DNA of 61,832 nt from an uncultured Clostridia bacterium (GCA_947630425.1 CANRHN010000004.1:1-61832); one strand, 5' to 3'. Positions 1 to 9,544 are shown, counted from the first letter of the stretch. Numbers and translations: made by a program. Notes: generated by a model from the letters alone, not told the origin.

Positions 1-3000
1 ACCGTCAAGGTGAAGGTCTTGCTGCCTTCGTAGTTTTTGTCCTCTATGGTGACTGTTACCGTGTAAACCTTGCTTTCTGTGATGGAAGCAGGATCTACCT
101 TGGCGGAAAGAGTACCTTGTCCGTCAACAAGCAAAATTGCGTTTGCCGTCAACGGGAGCGGGTCTCCGTTGTAGGTGTAGGGTTGCGGTTCTTGTTCGTT
201 GAAGGGCTCTCCGTTCACATTGAGTATGAACACAACTTCTTCGTCCGTCAACTGCTTTTTGTGTACCGTGTAAGTACCCGCTGTTCCGCCTTCGTAACTG
301 CCTGTAAAGGTTACGGTATAGTCGTTGTTGTCGTAGCTTGCCTCTATTGCGTACTTGCCTGCGTCACTAATGGACGGTTTGGTGAGTTGTACGTTCAAAA
401 CGCTTGTGTTTTCGCCGTAAGCCATTGTAAAGTCGCTTGCAAGCTTCCAACCGTCGGAAGCGAACTTGTAGTTGTGGTTTTCCTCGTAGCTCCAAGTGTC
501 GTTCTGATCTTCCACTTCCACCGTGATGGGACGAGCAGTTACCGTGTAGTTGCCTGTTTCGCCCTGCACCAACGTGTAGTTGGCAAGGTCGTTCTTTTTG
601 ATGTTGATTGTAATTGGGTGATTGCCTACGTGCGGCTGTCCTTCAAAGGCGTCGCAAACGAGTTCTACATAGGCGCTGTCAATAATGACTGTGCCTTTGT
701 CTTTTTCCACAATGCCTTCCACGCTGAATTGAGGAACGTTGACATTCTCTCCGTAGACGGAAGTTGCTCTCTGCAAATTTACGTTTACGGTCAGGGTGGC
801 TTTGCCGATGTTCAGCACCGCTGTTTTCTCGCCCTTAAAGTTGCCCTTACCCGTTACCGTCAGAGTGACTTGTCCTGCGCTTGTTCTGTCGCCGCTGCGG
901 TCGTCCGTTACGGTGTACTCCGAAGAGTCAAGCGTAAGCGCGCCTGCCTTTACAACCAACGTGGGCATTTGAACCTCGCCGTTGTAGGTATACCCGCCTT
1001 GAACGGTAACGCTGTCAATCGTGGTTTTTTCAATTTGAATGGTCGCTGTCTGACGTCCCGTAAAGTTGCCTTTTCCTTCAACCGTGAACACCACCGTGCC
1101 CTCGTTTGTTACGTCGCCGCGGCGGTTGTCCGTCACGTTGTACTCCGAAGAGTCGAGCGTAAGCGTTCCTGCCTTTACAACAAGCGTGGGCCGCTTGGGT
1201 TGACGGTCAAAGACAAAGCTTTGTTCTTCAACCTTTACGCTGTCGATTGTTGCCGCAGTGATGTTGAATGTTGTTTGCGCGCTGCCCGTGTAGTTACCCT
1301 TGTTTGCGGTAACGGTCACGGTGACCGTGCCCACATTGGTAAAGTCGTCCTTGTCCGCACTGTAGGTCACGGTGTACTCGCTTGGCGAAAGTTTCAATTC
1401 GCCTACGCTTACGGAAGAAGGAACGGGCTTGTGTTCGTTACGGTCGAAGGTGACGTTTCCCACTCCGCCAATCGTTGCGCCTGCAATGCTCTTGGCTGTA
1501 ATTTGGTAACTTACGGAAACTTCGCCCTTGAAGTTGCCTTTGCCCGTAACTGTGACGGTGACAGTGCCCGCGTCGGTACAATTGCCGCCGAAAGTTACTT
1601 TGTAGTCGTCGTCAAGCTGCAGCGTTTTTCCGCCGAAGGTTACAGTGGGTTGTTGCTGTTGGGCAGCTCCGTTGTACTCAACGTCCTTGGGCGCTTGAAC
1701 GTTGGAATTTTCCAACGCAACCGCTTCTACCACAAACATGGCTTCGACCCATTGCACTTTGTAGTTGCCGCTGTCCTTGCCACTCACCTCGTGAGTGATT
1801 GCCGTGCTGCCAACGTCGGTAAGCTGGGCAGAGCTTAACGTAAAGGTAACAACGTCGCCATCGACAATTGCGTCGGCTGCCAAGTCGTAGTACTCCGCGC
1901 CGTTTTTCGCCTGTTGCGCGCTTCCGTTGTAAGGCACTTTTTGCTCATGAACGGTTACGGTTACTTCCTTTTGCTTGATGTTTACTTGACGACGCAACGT
2001 TTGCGGGTGGTAGCTTTCCAACGTCAAGGTTATTTCCACGTCGTAAGTGCCAACAGCTTTGGGGTTGCCCTCAATTTGTTGACCTTGTTGTTTGTACACA
2101 ATGACCACATCGGTGCTGTCGGGCGCGCCCTTGACGGTGACAGTGTGTTCTTTGCCGTCGTAGGTAACTTCGCCGTCGCCTTCTGTCGTCACGCCTGCAA
2201 ACACCTGCGCCGTTACCGTGTAAATGCCGTTGTTGAGTTTGACTTCGTAGTTGGAAAGTTGTCCTCTTACACCCTCATCCAAGGTGAGAATGATGTTTAT
2301 TTGGTCGTTTGCTTTGGCGGACGCAAGGTCGGATTCGAGCGCGGCGTGCAAACCGCCTTCCAGCGTTTGCTTGTCCGTGCCGTACATTTCGCCCGCAATC
2401 TGCCAAGTAAGCTCAAGCTGATCTTCGCCCTCGGGGGACTCTTTGTTGTCCGCCGTTACCGTTACCTGTGCGGGGGTAATTTCGAAGGAACTTTGTACCG
2501 TTCCGCTGAAGTTGCCCTTGAACGTAAGCGTAAAGTTGACCGTGCCAACGTTTGTGCGGTCGGCGTCTGCTGCATAGCCAAGCGTGTAGTCGTTTGCCGT
2601 TACAGTGAAGCCTTGGAGCGAAACGCTGAAGGAAACATCCTTTTGCGTGTTGTCGTACACATAGCTTCCGCTGACGTTTACCGTCGCTTGAGAAGCGTCT
2701 TTGGCTTGGATCGTGAAGGAGATCACTTTTTCTCCCGTGTAGTTGCCAACGCCTTTGACAGTGACCGTGCCGTTTTCCGCAACGTTTGTGTTGCCGCCGT
2801 AGCTGACGGTATAGTCTTTGTCGTTGCCAAGCACAAGCTCGTTGCCGTCAAACTGCACCGTCACGTCGGGACGAATTGCGCTGCCCGTGTAGGTGTAGGT
2901 TGCGTTCACTCCCGTAATTTCCACTTCGGGGTCGCTTACATTCTTTGCCAAAATGGTAAAGCTGCCTTTTGCCGAGCCTTGGTAGTTACCCTTAAAGCTG

Positions 3001-6000
3001 ACGGTCACTTCCACTTTGCCCGCATTTACAAGTCCGTCGGGGCTGAACGTTACGTCGTAGTCTGTTTGCTCGACAAGGGGCACTTCAAAGCCCTCAAGCT
3101 GCACTTTGACAGTAGGCGTTTGCTTTTTGCCGTTGTAGGTGTAGCTGCCCTCGACGGAAACGGTGGCTTTAGACATATCTTTGGCAGTAATATCGAAGCT
3201 AAGCTCAATTGTGCCCGTGTAGTTGTTTGTGCCGCTGATGGTGATTGTGCCGTTTTCCTCTACCGTGGTGTTGTTGCCGTAGTTGACGGTATAGTCTTGT
3301 TCAAAGTTCAACGTGCGTTGTTTGAGCGTTACGGAGTAGATGACAGGCTGTATGGCTGCGCCCGTGTACTCCTTGTCGCCCTGGTCCCAAGACACTTCCG
3401 CTTCGTGAAGAGAAAGAGGATCGATTGTAAAGTGCAACGTGACTGTGCCTTGCACGTTGTCGCCGATACCCGTCACCGTTACAGTGGCTTGTCCGGCGTT
3501 GGTGTTTTCCGAATAGTTCACGGAGTAGTCGCTACCGTAAGCAAGCGCGTTGCCGTTAATCGTTACGGTGACGTCCTTGGTGATTGCCGAACCCGTGTAT
3601 GTTTCGTTGCCCGTGTTGCAGCTTACGTTTTCTTGAGTCAACGTGGCTTTTTGCACTTTTATTTTCAGGGTGAGACTGCTGTTGCGAGAGGCAGACACGT
3701 CCGAACTGCTTGCAAAGAAACCTTTTGACAACGTTACCGTAATGTCGTAGCCGTCCGCGTTTACGTTTTTAATTGTTTGGTGAGCCAAAGTTGCGCCCGC
3801 TTTTGACAGGTCGTAGTCGCCAAACAGCTTGGAAATGGCAGCCAACAGCTCTTCGTCCGACAAGTCCGCGCCCGTAAAGGTGATGTCGCCCCAGCTCTCG
3901 GGAGTGTACAGCAACTCGCGCGTTTCTTCCTGCGCGCAGCCCAACTCCGTGCATTTACGGGTGATTGTTGTGTGCTTGCTTGACTCGTCGGGGAGATCGT
4001 CTCCTTCTTGATAGGTCCAATCGTAAACGTGTTCGCTGTGTTCCAACGCCCAAGCGCCTTGCAAACCTGCAGCATCGTCTGTCTTTTTCTCTCCGAGTGT
4101 GTGACCCGAGCCATGTCCGCTTGGCTTTACGCCTGCTGTAGCCGTTTCATATTTGAACGTAATTCCGGGCAACGTAAAGCCGGCGGCATTGGTGACGCTT
4201 TTGTACGTGCAACCCTCTTTCAGTTCTGCCATTGTGTTGTGTGCAACATCCCACACGTGCGCAACCAATGTGTACTCTGTGTAGTTGCAGGAATATTCGG
4301 TGGAAACGCCGTCAAAAAGACTTGCTTGCAGCGTTACGCCCGTGCCGACAACTATCTTTGCCGTGCCCGTTGCGTCGTTTGTTTGTACTGTGCCGACAAA
4401 TGTTGCGCCGTCCTGAATGTTCAGCGTGCCATTGACAACGAGGCTTGCATAGGGCTTGTACCCCGCATCCTTAAGTTGAGTTCCTGTGGGGTAAGTACGC
4501 TTGTCTAATTCCGGAATGTAGAAACTGTCATAGATGTGCAGTCCCGCCCCGCCGCGCACATTGAGAGTTGCGCCGCTTTCGACGGTGAGTACCGAACCGG
4601 GCATCGCCTTGTAGGGGTAGAGAATGTCGAACGTGCCGCTTTTTAACGTGATTTCGTAGTTGTACGGAATGGAGAAGTACACCTTTGTGGTGTTTATTCC
4701 AAGCGGAAATTCCATATAACCGGCATAGGCGTTGCCTGAAATTTCAATCGTCGTCTTGCCCGCGTCTTGCGCATTGTTGCCGCTTCCCATGTTGGGTTTC
4801 AAATGGTCGTCGTCATAGACGATGTGTGCATACGCGTCAAAGTTAAGAATTATAAGCGCGTTGTTTTCAAAGTAGTCTATGCCGTCCCTACTATCGTTGA
4901 CATAGGAGATGAAGGGCTGCTCAATTGTCGTGATACTCGAAAGGAAGAAAAGACTTGCGTGTCCCCACAGTTCTGCGCCGTGACGAATGGTAAAGCCGCC
5001 CTTGTTTTGCACGTTGATCATGGCGTACATTTTGAAGGGAGTTACGCCCGCATTGAAGGATGCTTGCGTGTTTGTACCGCCGTTGTAGTCAAGTATCATA
5101 AAGGGCTGAGTAAGTTTGCCGCCAGACGTCACGTCGATACTGCCTTCGCCCGTTACGCGCCCGTACAAATTGAGATGTCCGCCCTTTCCGACGGTAACTT
5201 TGGTTTTTGCGTCTTCCAAGATGAGTTGTGAATAGTAGCCGGAAGTAAGCCCTTGTGCAACCTGTTCGGGGTAGTGAAGCACGCCGCCGACAATAAGATT
5301 GCCGTTGATTGTGTTTTCTCCGTTGAGCGTAAGGACGTAGATCGGGTCTTTGTAAATGCTGTCCGAATTCCAAGAAACGCGTGTTTGCGCAGTTGTTGCA
5401 GTGCCCACTGCATAGTAGTCGCCCGCACGGTTAAAAGGAATTACAAGATTGACGTTAGACGGAAGGTTGATTGAGGACAAGGTAACGCTGTCAACCACAA
5501 CAACATTTTTGTCGCTTCCGACTGCCGCGGCAGTAAATGCCGTTTCAACTTCGTCCAACTTGTAGAATTTGTTACCGTTACGCACGGCATAGGTATATTC
5601 ATCGTCAATGACAGCGACTATTTTTACAAAGCCAGAACCGAGAGCAATGTGATATTCCGTTTCAAAAGATACGAGTTGCGCTTCGTTCACATTCCATTCA
5701 ATATCTTCACTCGTTGCACTGCTCGGTTCTTTGCTGCTTGTTCCGTGGATTAGTTTCCAACCGTAGAAACGATGTCCGTCAGTGGGTTGTGCTTTGAACG
5801 TGAGCGTAGTGCCGGCGGCAACCTTCCCCGCCTTTTCTGCGCCTGTTACTAAAACTTCGCTATCTTGCGCATTTTCTCCTTCAACGCCCCACTCTGCATA
5901 CGCGTCGCCCGTAAAGAATGTTACATTACGAATTGTGAAGCGGTTTTCGACCTTTGAACTTCCCGTAGCAACCACAAAATAGACTGTATCACTCTCCAAG

Positions 6001-8084
6001 GCACTTGTTGTACCAAGCGGTACAGTTACTTTAAGCCAACCACCATTTGTCGTTTTTTCAATTTGCGTAACTTCAAATGCAGCAGAAATAACACCATTCG
6101 TAGAATCTTTCCACGCAAACGGTTCATCGGGATCAGAAGAAGCTAAATTGTATATATGGTGTTCAAAAATAGGTGGCGTACTATTTTTCTTGTTCGGCAC
6201 AAATCCATGCGTCGTACCTGTCTTGACATTGGCAGAGAAGTGCGTACTAGCCAATGTTCTTGTTAAATCGATTGGATCAAGAGTATAGCCCAACCAACCA
6301 TAACGATAGTTGCCATTATTATTACCCTCTACCAAAATTTCAAAGGAAAGGCTTCCTGCTTCTTCTGCTTGAAATCCAATATAGGACGTTGCCCTCGTGC
6401 CGCCGCCACCTGTAAGTGAAGAAGAAAACGCATAGGCTTCTCCGTCATTGTAAGCAGGGTCAAAATACCATGCATCGGCATCTTTCGTGAGTACCGTAAT
6501 CGGATCGGAAGCGGAAGAAACAACATCGTTTATTGAATTGTGGGGAGATTGAATGCTGATTTCGTATGTAAACGAAGTCGCATAATACTCTGTACCATAG
6601 TTCGGCGCAATGACTACTGTCGAATTTTCTTTTGTATCTACGAGATTGAAACCGTACTTGCCGTCAACAAAAGTGTAGCCTCTGTCACCTGCGCCTTCAC
6701 CGGTATCTTCAACCGCACCAAGCGGTTTTCCATTCAATGTAATGGTAAATTCCTGATTTGCAACTTCCTTCTTGGCGGGCGACTGCTTAATTGAAAAGAG
6801 CAAATTGCTCGTTACGCCATAAGGAAGTGTGAGTTTGTCGCCGTCATGAATTTCGACCGTATCTTGACTTCCACTTATGGTTTTTGTGAGCGTCACGTCC
6901 GGAAGAACAGCAATCTCTTGGAAATCTACGATAATTTTATTTACATGCGGTTGATTATACTCCCAATAAATTCCATCTGTTTCGATATTAGAAGTCAACC
7001 AACTTTCATCCTTAACAGACGAACCCGCATCCAAATTGTTTATTTTCGTTTCATCAAAATAGCCGACAAAATGCGTGCTTGTCTTTTTGTTGGGGTCGAT
7101 TGTCGATGTTATGGTTTTGGGAACAGCCAAGAAATTGGTTTTTGTTCCCTGTGCCAACTTAAACGGAACTCCGCTGTCAATTCGAGTTCCACGTGCCAAA
7201 ATTACTTCTTGAGACAATTCTCGTTGCACTCCGTCCATATAGTAAACATCGCAGAAATCTTCGTTGTATTCCAATGTAATTTCCGTTTTGTTCTTGAACA
7301 AATCAGAGGAAACCGTCGAGAATTGATTAAAGAAAAAACTGCATGCGGCATCCATATTAGAACATGTAAGCCATATTTCCACTCGATGATAACCATCGCC
7401 GTGAGTTCTCAAAAGTGGTATAAATTGTTTCCAATCCTGACCATAGCTATAATATGTTATTCCATCTATGTCTACCTTTACTGTGCCGGTATACCCGTAT
7501 TCACTAGCAACATAAGTACTACTCTCGAAGTAAAATGAGAAATATCTATCACCCGTAAATTCCAAAACTACGGCAGGCGTATTCATTTTAATGCCTATAA
7601 CTTTTGATATTTGCAAAGTATATGTTTTGTCATCTTCTTGCTCCGGAGTGTCGCTTTCCGTCCAATAGCTCGCATCAAACGAAACTGTGGGAGCAGCTTC
7701 GTCGTTCTTTTCAAAGAACTTTGCGTTTAAGGTTGCTTCGGCTGCGGGCATGGTGTAAGAATAGGTCGCTTCGTACGAAAGCGGCGTGTTTACGTCCGTT
7801 TCGTACCAATATGCGAACACGTAGCCCTCTGAAGGCAACGCTTTGAGCGTTACGGTTGCGCCGGATTCCACAGACTTTTCGACATAAGCGTCCGTTGTGT
7901 TTCCGGACGGATCTCCCTCGTCGATTTGCACGGTGCCGTTGCCTTGGGTAACAGCTTTTAGCGTAAATTGTTCCGCGTGAGCTTCACTCGGAAAAATGGC
8001 GGTTACGCCCAGCACCACAAGCGAAGCGGCAAGCAGCACACACAACGTAACAAGCGTCCATTTCCATTGTCTTGTTTTTGTCAT
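1..8084 (-). CDS. Giant secreted/surface adhesin-like protein, at least 2,694 aa, truncated by the window edge (signal peptide, divergent InlB B-repeat-like domains, many MBG/Ig-like stalk repeats)
   Basis: Not in the ORF track because the frame has no stop inside the window. Manual reverse-complement translation from ATG 8084 (RBS GGAGG upstream) starts MTKTRQWKWTLVTLCVLLAASLVVLGVTAIFPSEAHA-EQFTL (SPase I-type signal) and stays open to base 1. No track ORF in 1-8084 uses this frame, consistent with no internal stop. Repeats include YTGSAITKDVTVTINGNALAYGSDYSVNYSENTNAGQATVTVTG, ITPAQVTVTADNKE and YDGKEHTVTVKG. Domain names are from motif recall. Confidence 0.9.
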   Translation of the reverse strand, partial: MTKTRQWKWTLVTLCVLLAASLVVLGVTAIFPSEAHAEQFTLKAVTQGNGTVQIDEGDPSGNTTDAYVEKSVESGATVTLKALPSEGYVFAYWYETDVNTPLSYEATYSYTMPAAEATLNAKFFEKNDEAAPTVSFDASYWTESDTPEQEDDKTYTLQISKVIGIKMNTPAVVLEFTGDRYFSFYFESSTYVASEYGYTGTVKVDIDGITYYSYGQDWKQFIPLLRTHGDGYHRVEIWLTCSNMDAACSFFFNQFSTVSSDLFKNKTEITLEYNEDFCDVYYMDGVQRELSQEVILARGTRIDSGVPFKLAQGTKTNFLAVPKTITSTIDPNKKTSTHFVGYFDETKINNLDAGSSVKDESWLTSNIETDGIYWEYNQPHVNKIIVDFQEIAVLPDVTLTKTISGSQDTVEIHDGDKLTLPYGVTSNLLFSIKQSPAKKEVANQEFTITLNGKPLGAVEDTGEGAGDRGYTFVDGKYGFNLVDTKENSTVVIAPNYGTEYYATSFTYEISIQSPHNSINDVVSSASDPITVLTKDADAWYFDPAYNDGEAYAFSSSLTGGGGTRATSYIGFQAEEAGSLSFEILVEGNNNGNYRYGWLGYTLDPIDLTRTLASTHFSANVKTGTTHGFVPNKKNSTPPIFEHHIYNLASSDPDEPFAWKDSTNGVISAAFEVTQIEKTTNGGWLKVTVPLGTTSALESDTVYFVVATGSSKVENRFTIRNVTFFTGDAYAEWGVEGENAQDSEVLVTGAEKAGKVAAGTTLTFKAQPTDGHRFYGWKLIHGTSSKEPSSATSEDIEWNVNEAQLVSFETEYHIALGSGFVKIVAVIDDEYTYAVRNGNKFYKLDEVETAFTAAAVGSDKNVVVVDSVTLSSINLPSNVNLVIPFNRAGDYYAVGTATTAQTRVSWNSDSIYKDPIYVLTLNGENTINGNLIVGGVLHYPEQVAQGLTSGYYSQLILEDAKTKVTVGKGGHLNLYGRVTGEGSIDVTSGGKLTQPFMILDYNGGTNTQASFNAGVTPFKMYAMINVQNKGGFTIRHGAELWGHASLFFLSSITTIEQPFISYVNDSRDGIDYFENNALIILNFDAYAHIVYDDDHLKPNMGSGNNAQDAGKTTIEISGNAYAGYMEFPLGINTTKVYFSIPYNYEITLKSGTFDILYPYKAMPGSVLTVESGATLNVRGGAGLHIYDSFYIPELDKRTYPTGTQLKDAGYKPYASLVVNGTLNIQDGATFVGTVQTNDATGTAKIVVGTGVTLQASLFDGVSTEYSCNYTEYTLVAHVWDVAHNTMAELKEGCTYKSVTNAAGFTLPGITFKYETATAGVKPSGHGSGHTLGEKKTDDAAGLQGAWALEHSEHVYDWTYQEGDDLPDESSKHTTITRKCTELGCAQEETRELLYTPESWGDITFTGADLSDEELLAAISKLFGDYDLSKAGATLAHQTIKNVNADGYDITVTLSKGFFASSSDVSASRNSSLTLKIKVQKATLTQENVSCNTGNETYTGSAITKDVTVTINGNALAYGSDYSVNYSENTNAGQATVTVTGIGDNVQGTVTLHFTIDPLSLHEAEVSWDQGDKEYTGAAIQPVIYSVTLKQRTLNFEQDYTVNYGNNTTVEENGTITISGTNNYTGTIELSFDITAKDMSKATVSVEGSYTYNGKKQTPTVKVQLEGFEVPLVEQTDYDVTFSPDGLVNAGKVEVTVSFKGNYQGSAKGSFTILAKNVSDPEVEITGVNATYTYTGSAIRPDVTVQFDGNELVLGNDKDYTVSYGGNTNVAENGTVTVKGVGNYTGEKVISFTIQAKDASQATVNVSGSYVYDNTQKDVSFSVSLQGFTVTANDYTLGYAADADRTNVGTVNFTLTFKGNFSGTVQSSFEITPAQVTVTADNKESPEGEDQLELTWQIAGEMYGTDKQTLEGGLHAALESDLASAKANDQINIILTLDEGVRGQLSNYEVKLNNGIYTVTAQVFAGVTTEGDGEVTYDGKEHTVTVKGAPDSTDVVIVYKQQGQQIEGNPKAVGTYDVEITLTLESYHPQTLRRQVNIKQKEVTVTVHEQKVPYNGSAQQAKNGAEYYDLAADAIVDGDVVTFTLSSAQLTDVGSTAITHEVSGKDSGNYKVQWVEAMFVVEAVALENSNVQAPKDVEYNGAAQQQQPTVTFGGKTLQLDDDYKVTFGGNCTDAGTVTVTVTGKGNFKGEVSVSYQITAKSIAGATIGGVGNVTFDRNEHKPVPSSVSVGELKLSPSEYTVTYSADKDDFTNVGTVTVTVTANKGNYTGSAQTTFNITAATIDSVKVEEQSFVFDRQPKRPTLVVKAGTLTLDSSEYNVTDNRRGDVTNEGTVVFTVEGKGNFTGRQTATIQIEKTTIDSVTVQGGYTYNGEVQMPTLVVKAGALTLDSSEYTVTDDRSGDRTSAGQVTLTVTGKGNFKGEKTAVLNIGKATLTVNVNLQRATSVYGENVNVPQFSVEGIVEKDKGTVIIDSAYVELVCDAFEGQPHVGNHPITINIKKNDLANYTLVQGETGNYTVTARPITVEVEDQNDTWSYEENHNYKFASDGWKLASDFTMAYGENTSVLNVQLTKPSISDAGKYAIEASYDNNDYTVTFTGSYEGGTAGTYTVHKKQLTDEEVVFILNVNGEPFNEQEPQPYTYNGDPLPLTANAILLVDGQGTLSAKVDPASITESKVYTVTVTIEDKNYEGSKTFTLT

Positions 8085-8163
8085 AGTTCCTCCAATTTGC
8101 TTTGCATTTGTATTTTTGTAAAATGTATATAGTATATGGACGGGCAAACAGCCCGTACTGTTA

Positions 8164-8200
8164 ATGATACCCCCCCCCCCCCCCCCCGACGATTTGTCAA
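8164..8200 (-). promoter_or_regulatory. SigmaA-type promoter of the giant gene with a G18 homopolymer in the -35/-10 spacer (candidate phase-variable promoter)
   Basis: The minus strand reads TTGACA (8200-8195), aatcgtc + G18 (8187-8170), TATCAT (8169-8164). The spacer is 25 bp and would be 17 bp with G10. Confidence 0.75.
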
Positions 8201-8331
8201 CAAATTAAGGCATATTTAAGTAAAATTTTTTCAAATTTTTTTTCAGCAAAGGCGGAAAATTTTTCAAAAAGTTGCAAAAGCACAAAAAGGAACGCTGTTG
8301 CGCTAAACATATTTTGGAAAAAGGACATCAA

Positions 8332-8369
8332 AAAAAGGCGTAAAAAACATAGTTTCAATTCGCCTTTTT
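8332..8369. terminator. Inverted repeat, possible bidirectional terminator downstream of the ecf-truA operon
   Basis: aaaaaggcg ... cgccttttt arms with A/T tails. Confidence 0.4.
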
Positions 8370-8407
8370 ACAACTATTCATTTTGGTTGATGGTTATGCT
8401 TTTTTGC

Positions 8408-8427
8408 GCAAAAACACAACATGGGGT
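8408..8427. repeat. Partial copy (right arm) of the ACCCCATAT...ACATGGGGT palindromic repeat
   Basis: gcaaaaacacaacatggggt matches the loop and right arm of the copy at 12758-12788. Confidence 0.5.
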
Positions 8428-8437
8428 AAAAAAACGC

Positions 8438-8779
8438 CTATTTGTCAAGCTCGGAATGTTTGCCAAGACTTTTTCGCTTTGCTGCGTCCACCACCAAAAG
8501 CAGCACAAGCAACGGGCTGAAAACAACAAAAATCACATACACCGCTGTCACTTCGATAGCCGTACACCATTGGCGAAAACCTTTTACGGAAGTTTTGCCG
8601 CGACAAAAAATCAACGCGACAAAGGGCTGGGCGACAAGTGCAAACGCCGCCGCACCGAAAAGAACGTAGCTTGCAACGGGAAACTGCCGCAGCAAACAGC
8701 CCGCCGTCACCGCGCAGGCGACAACAAGCAAAAACAAAACATAAAAAATTGTCCGACACAAAAGATCCTTGTTTTTCAT
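8438..8779 (-). CDS. Hypothetical membrane protein (113 aa, about 3 TM)
   Basis: ATG ORF co-oriented directly after truA, with three hydrophobic stretches. Confidence 0.6.
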   Translation of the reverse strand: MKNKDLLCRTIFYVLFLLVVACAVTAGCLLRQFPVASYVLFGAAAFALVAQPFVALIFCRGKTSVKGFRQWCTAIEVTAVYVIFVVFSPLLVLLLVVDAAKRKSLGKHSELDK

Positions 8780-8809
8780 ACGTTACCTCACAAAAAGCAC
8801 TCGCATTGT

Positions 8810-9544
8810 TCAGTAATATACTTTTTCCAACGTCAAGCCCTTGGCAGGCATGGTTTTGAAACGCAGCTTTTTTCCGTGGAGCATGTCGTTGACGTCGTTA
8901 AGATCGAACTTGCCCCTACCCACTTCTACAAGCAAGCCGCACATCACGCGAACCTGATTGTACAAAAAGGCGTTTCCGTTTACGCGAAGGCTTACCACGC
9001 CGTCGCCGTTGTCAATTACGTCAAAACTGTTTACCGTGCGCACAGTGCCTTTCAGATTGCTGCCCGTTTTTTGAAATTCCGCAAAGTCGTGAGTGCCCAC
9101 AAGCAATGCCGCAGCCCGTCTCATTGCGTCCACGTCAAGCGGCTTGTACACCTGCGCATGATTTACGTCCAAGCTCGGTCTGCGCGTTGGAGAAACGTAC
9201 AGGCGATAGCAATAGGTTTTGGATTTGGCGGAAAAGCGCGCGTCAAAGTCGTCGTTTACAACTTCCGCATTTGTTACGGCAATGCTCGGCGGAAGCACGG
9301 TGTTCACGCCCAAACACAACTTGTAGCAATTGACGGATTTGTCGGTAACAAAATGCGCCACCTGTCCCGTGGCATGCACCCCCACGTCGGTGCGCCCCGC
9401 GGCATAAATTCTTACAAATTCGCAGCCGAAGTACTTGCCCAACGCCCTTTCCACGGCGTCCTGCACGGAGTTGCCGTTTTTTTGGCTTTGCCATCCGCAA
9501 AAATCCGTGCCGACATATTCGATTGTAAGTTTTAGTTTGCTCAT
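8810..9544 (-). CDS. truA: tRNA pseudouridine(38-40) synthase TruA
   Basis: YVGTDFCGWQ and AAGRTDVGVHATGQV (catalytic Asp) motifs. Start placed at MSKLKL (9544). Follows ecfT as is typical in Bacillota. Confidence 0.95.
   Translation of the reverse strand: MSKLKLTIEYVGTDFCGWQSQKNGNSVQDAVERALGKYFGCEFVRIYAAGRTDVGVHATGQVAHFVTDKSVNCYKLCLGVNTVLPPSIAVTNAEVVNDDFDARFSAKSKTYCYRLYVSPTRRPSLDVNHAQVYKPLDVDAMRRAAALLVGTHDFAEFQKTGSNLKGTVRTVNSFDVIDNGDGVVSLRVNGNAFLYNQVRVMCGLLVEVGRGKFDLNDVNDMLHGKKLRFKTMPAKGLTLEKVYY

Noticed and set aside
117-3728. Long plus-strand ORFs 117..1838 (573 aa) and 1914..3728 (604 aa)
   Set aside because: They are antisense shadows of the giant minus-strand gene. Their V/R/C/F-rich, motif-free translations result from its codon bias.
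4008-7846. Short ORFs on both strands within the giant gene
   Set aside because: They are alternative frames overlapping the real CDS, with no RBS or recognisable motifs.
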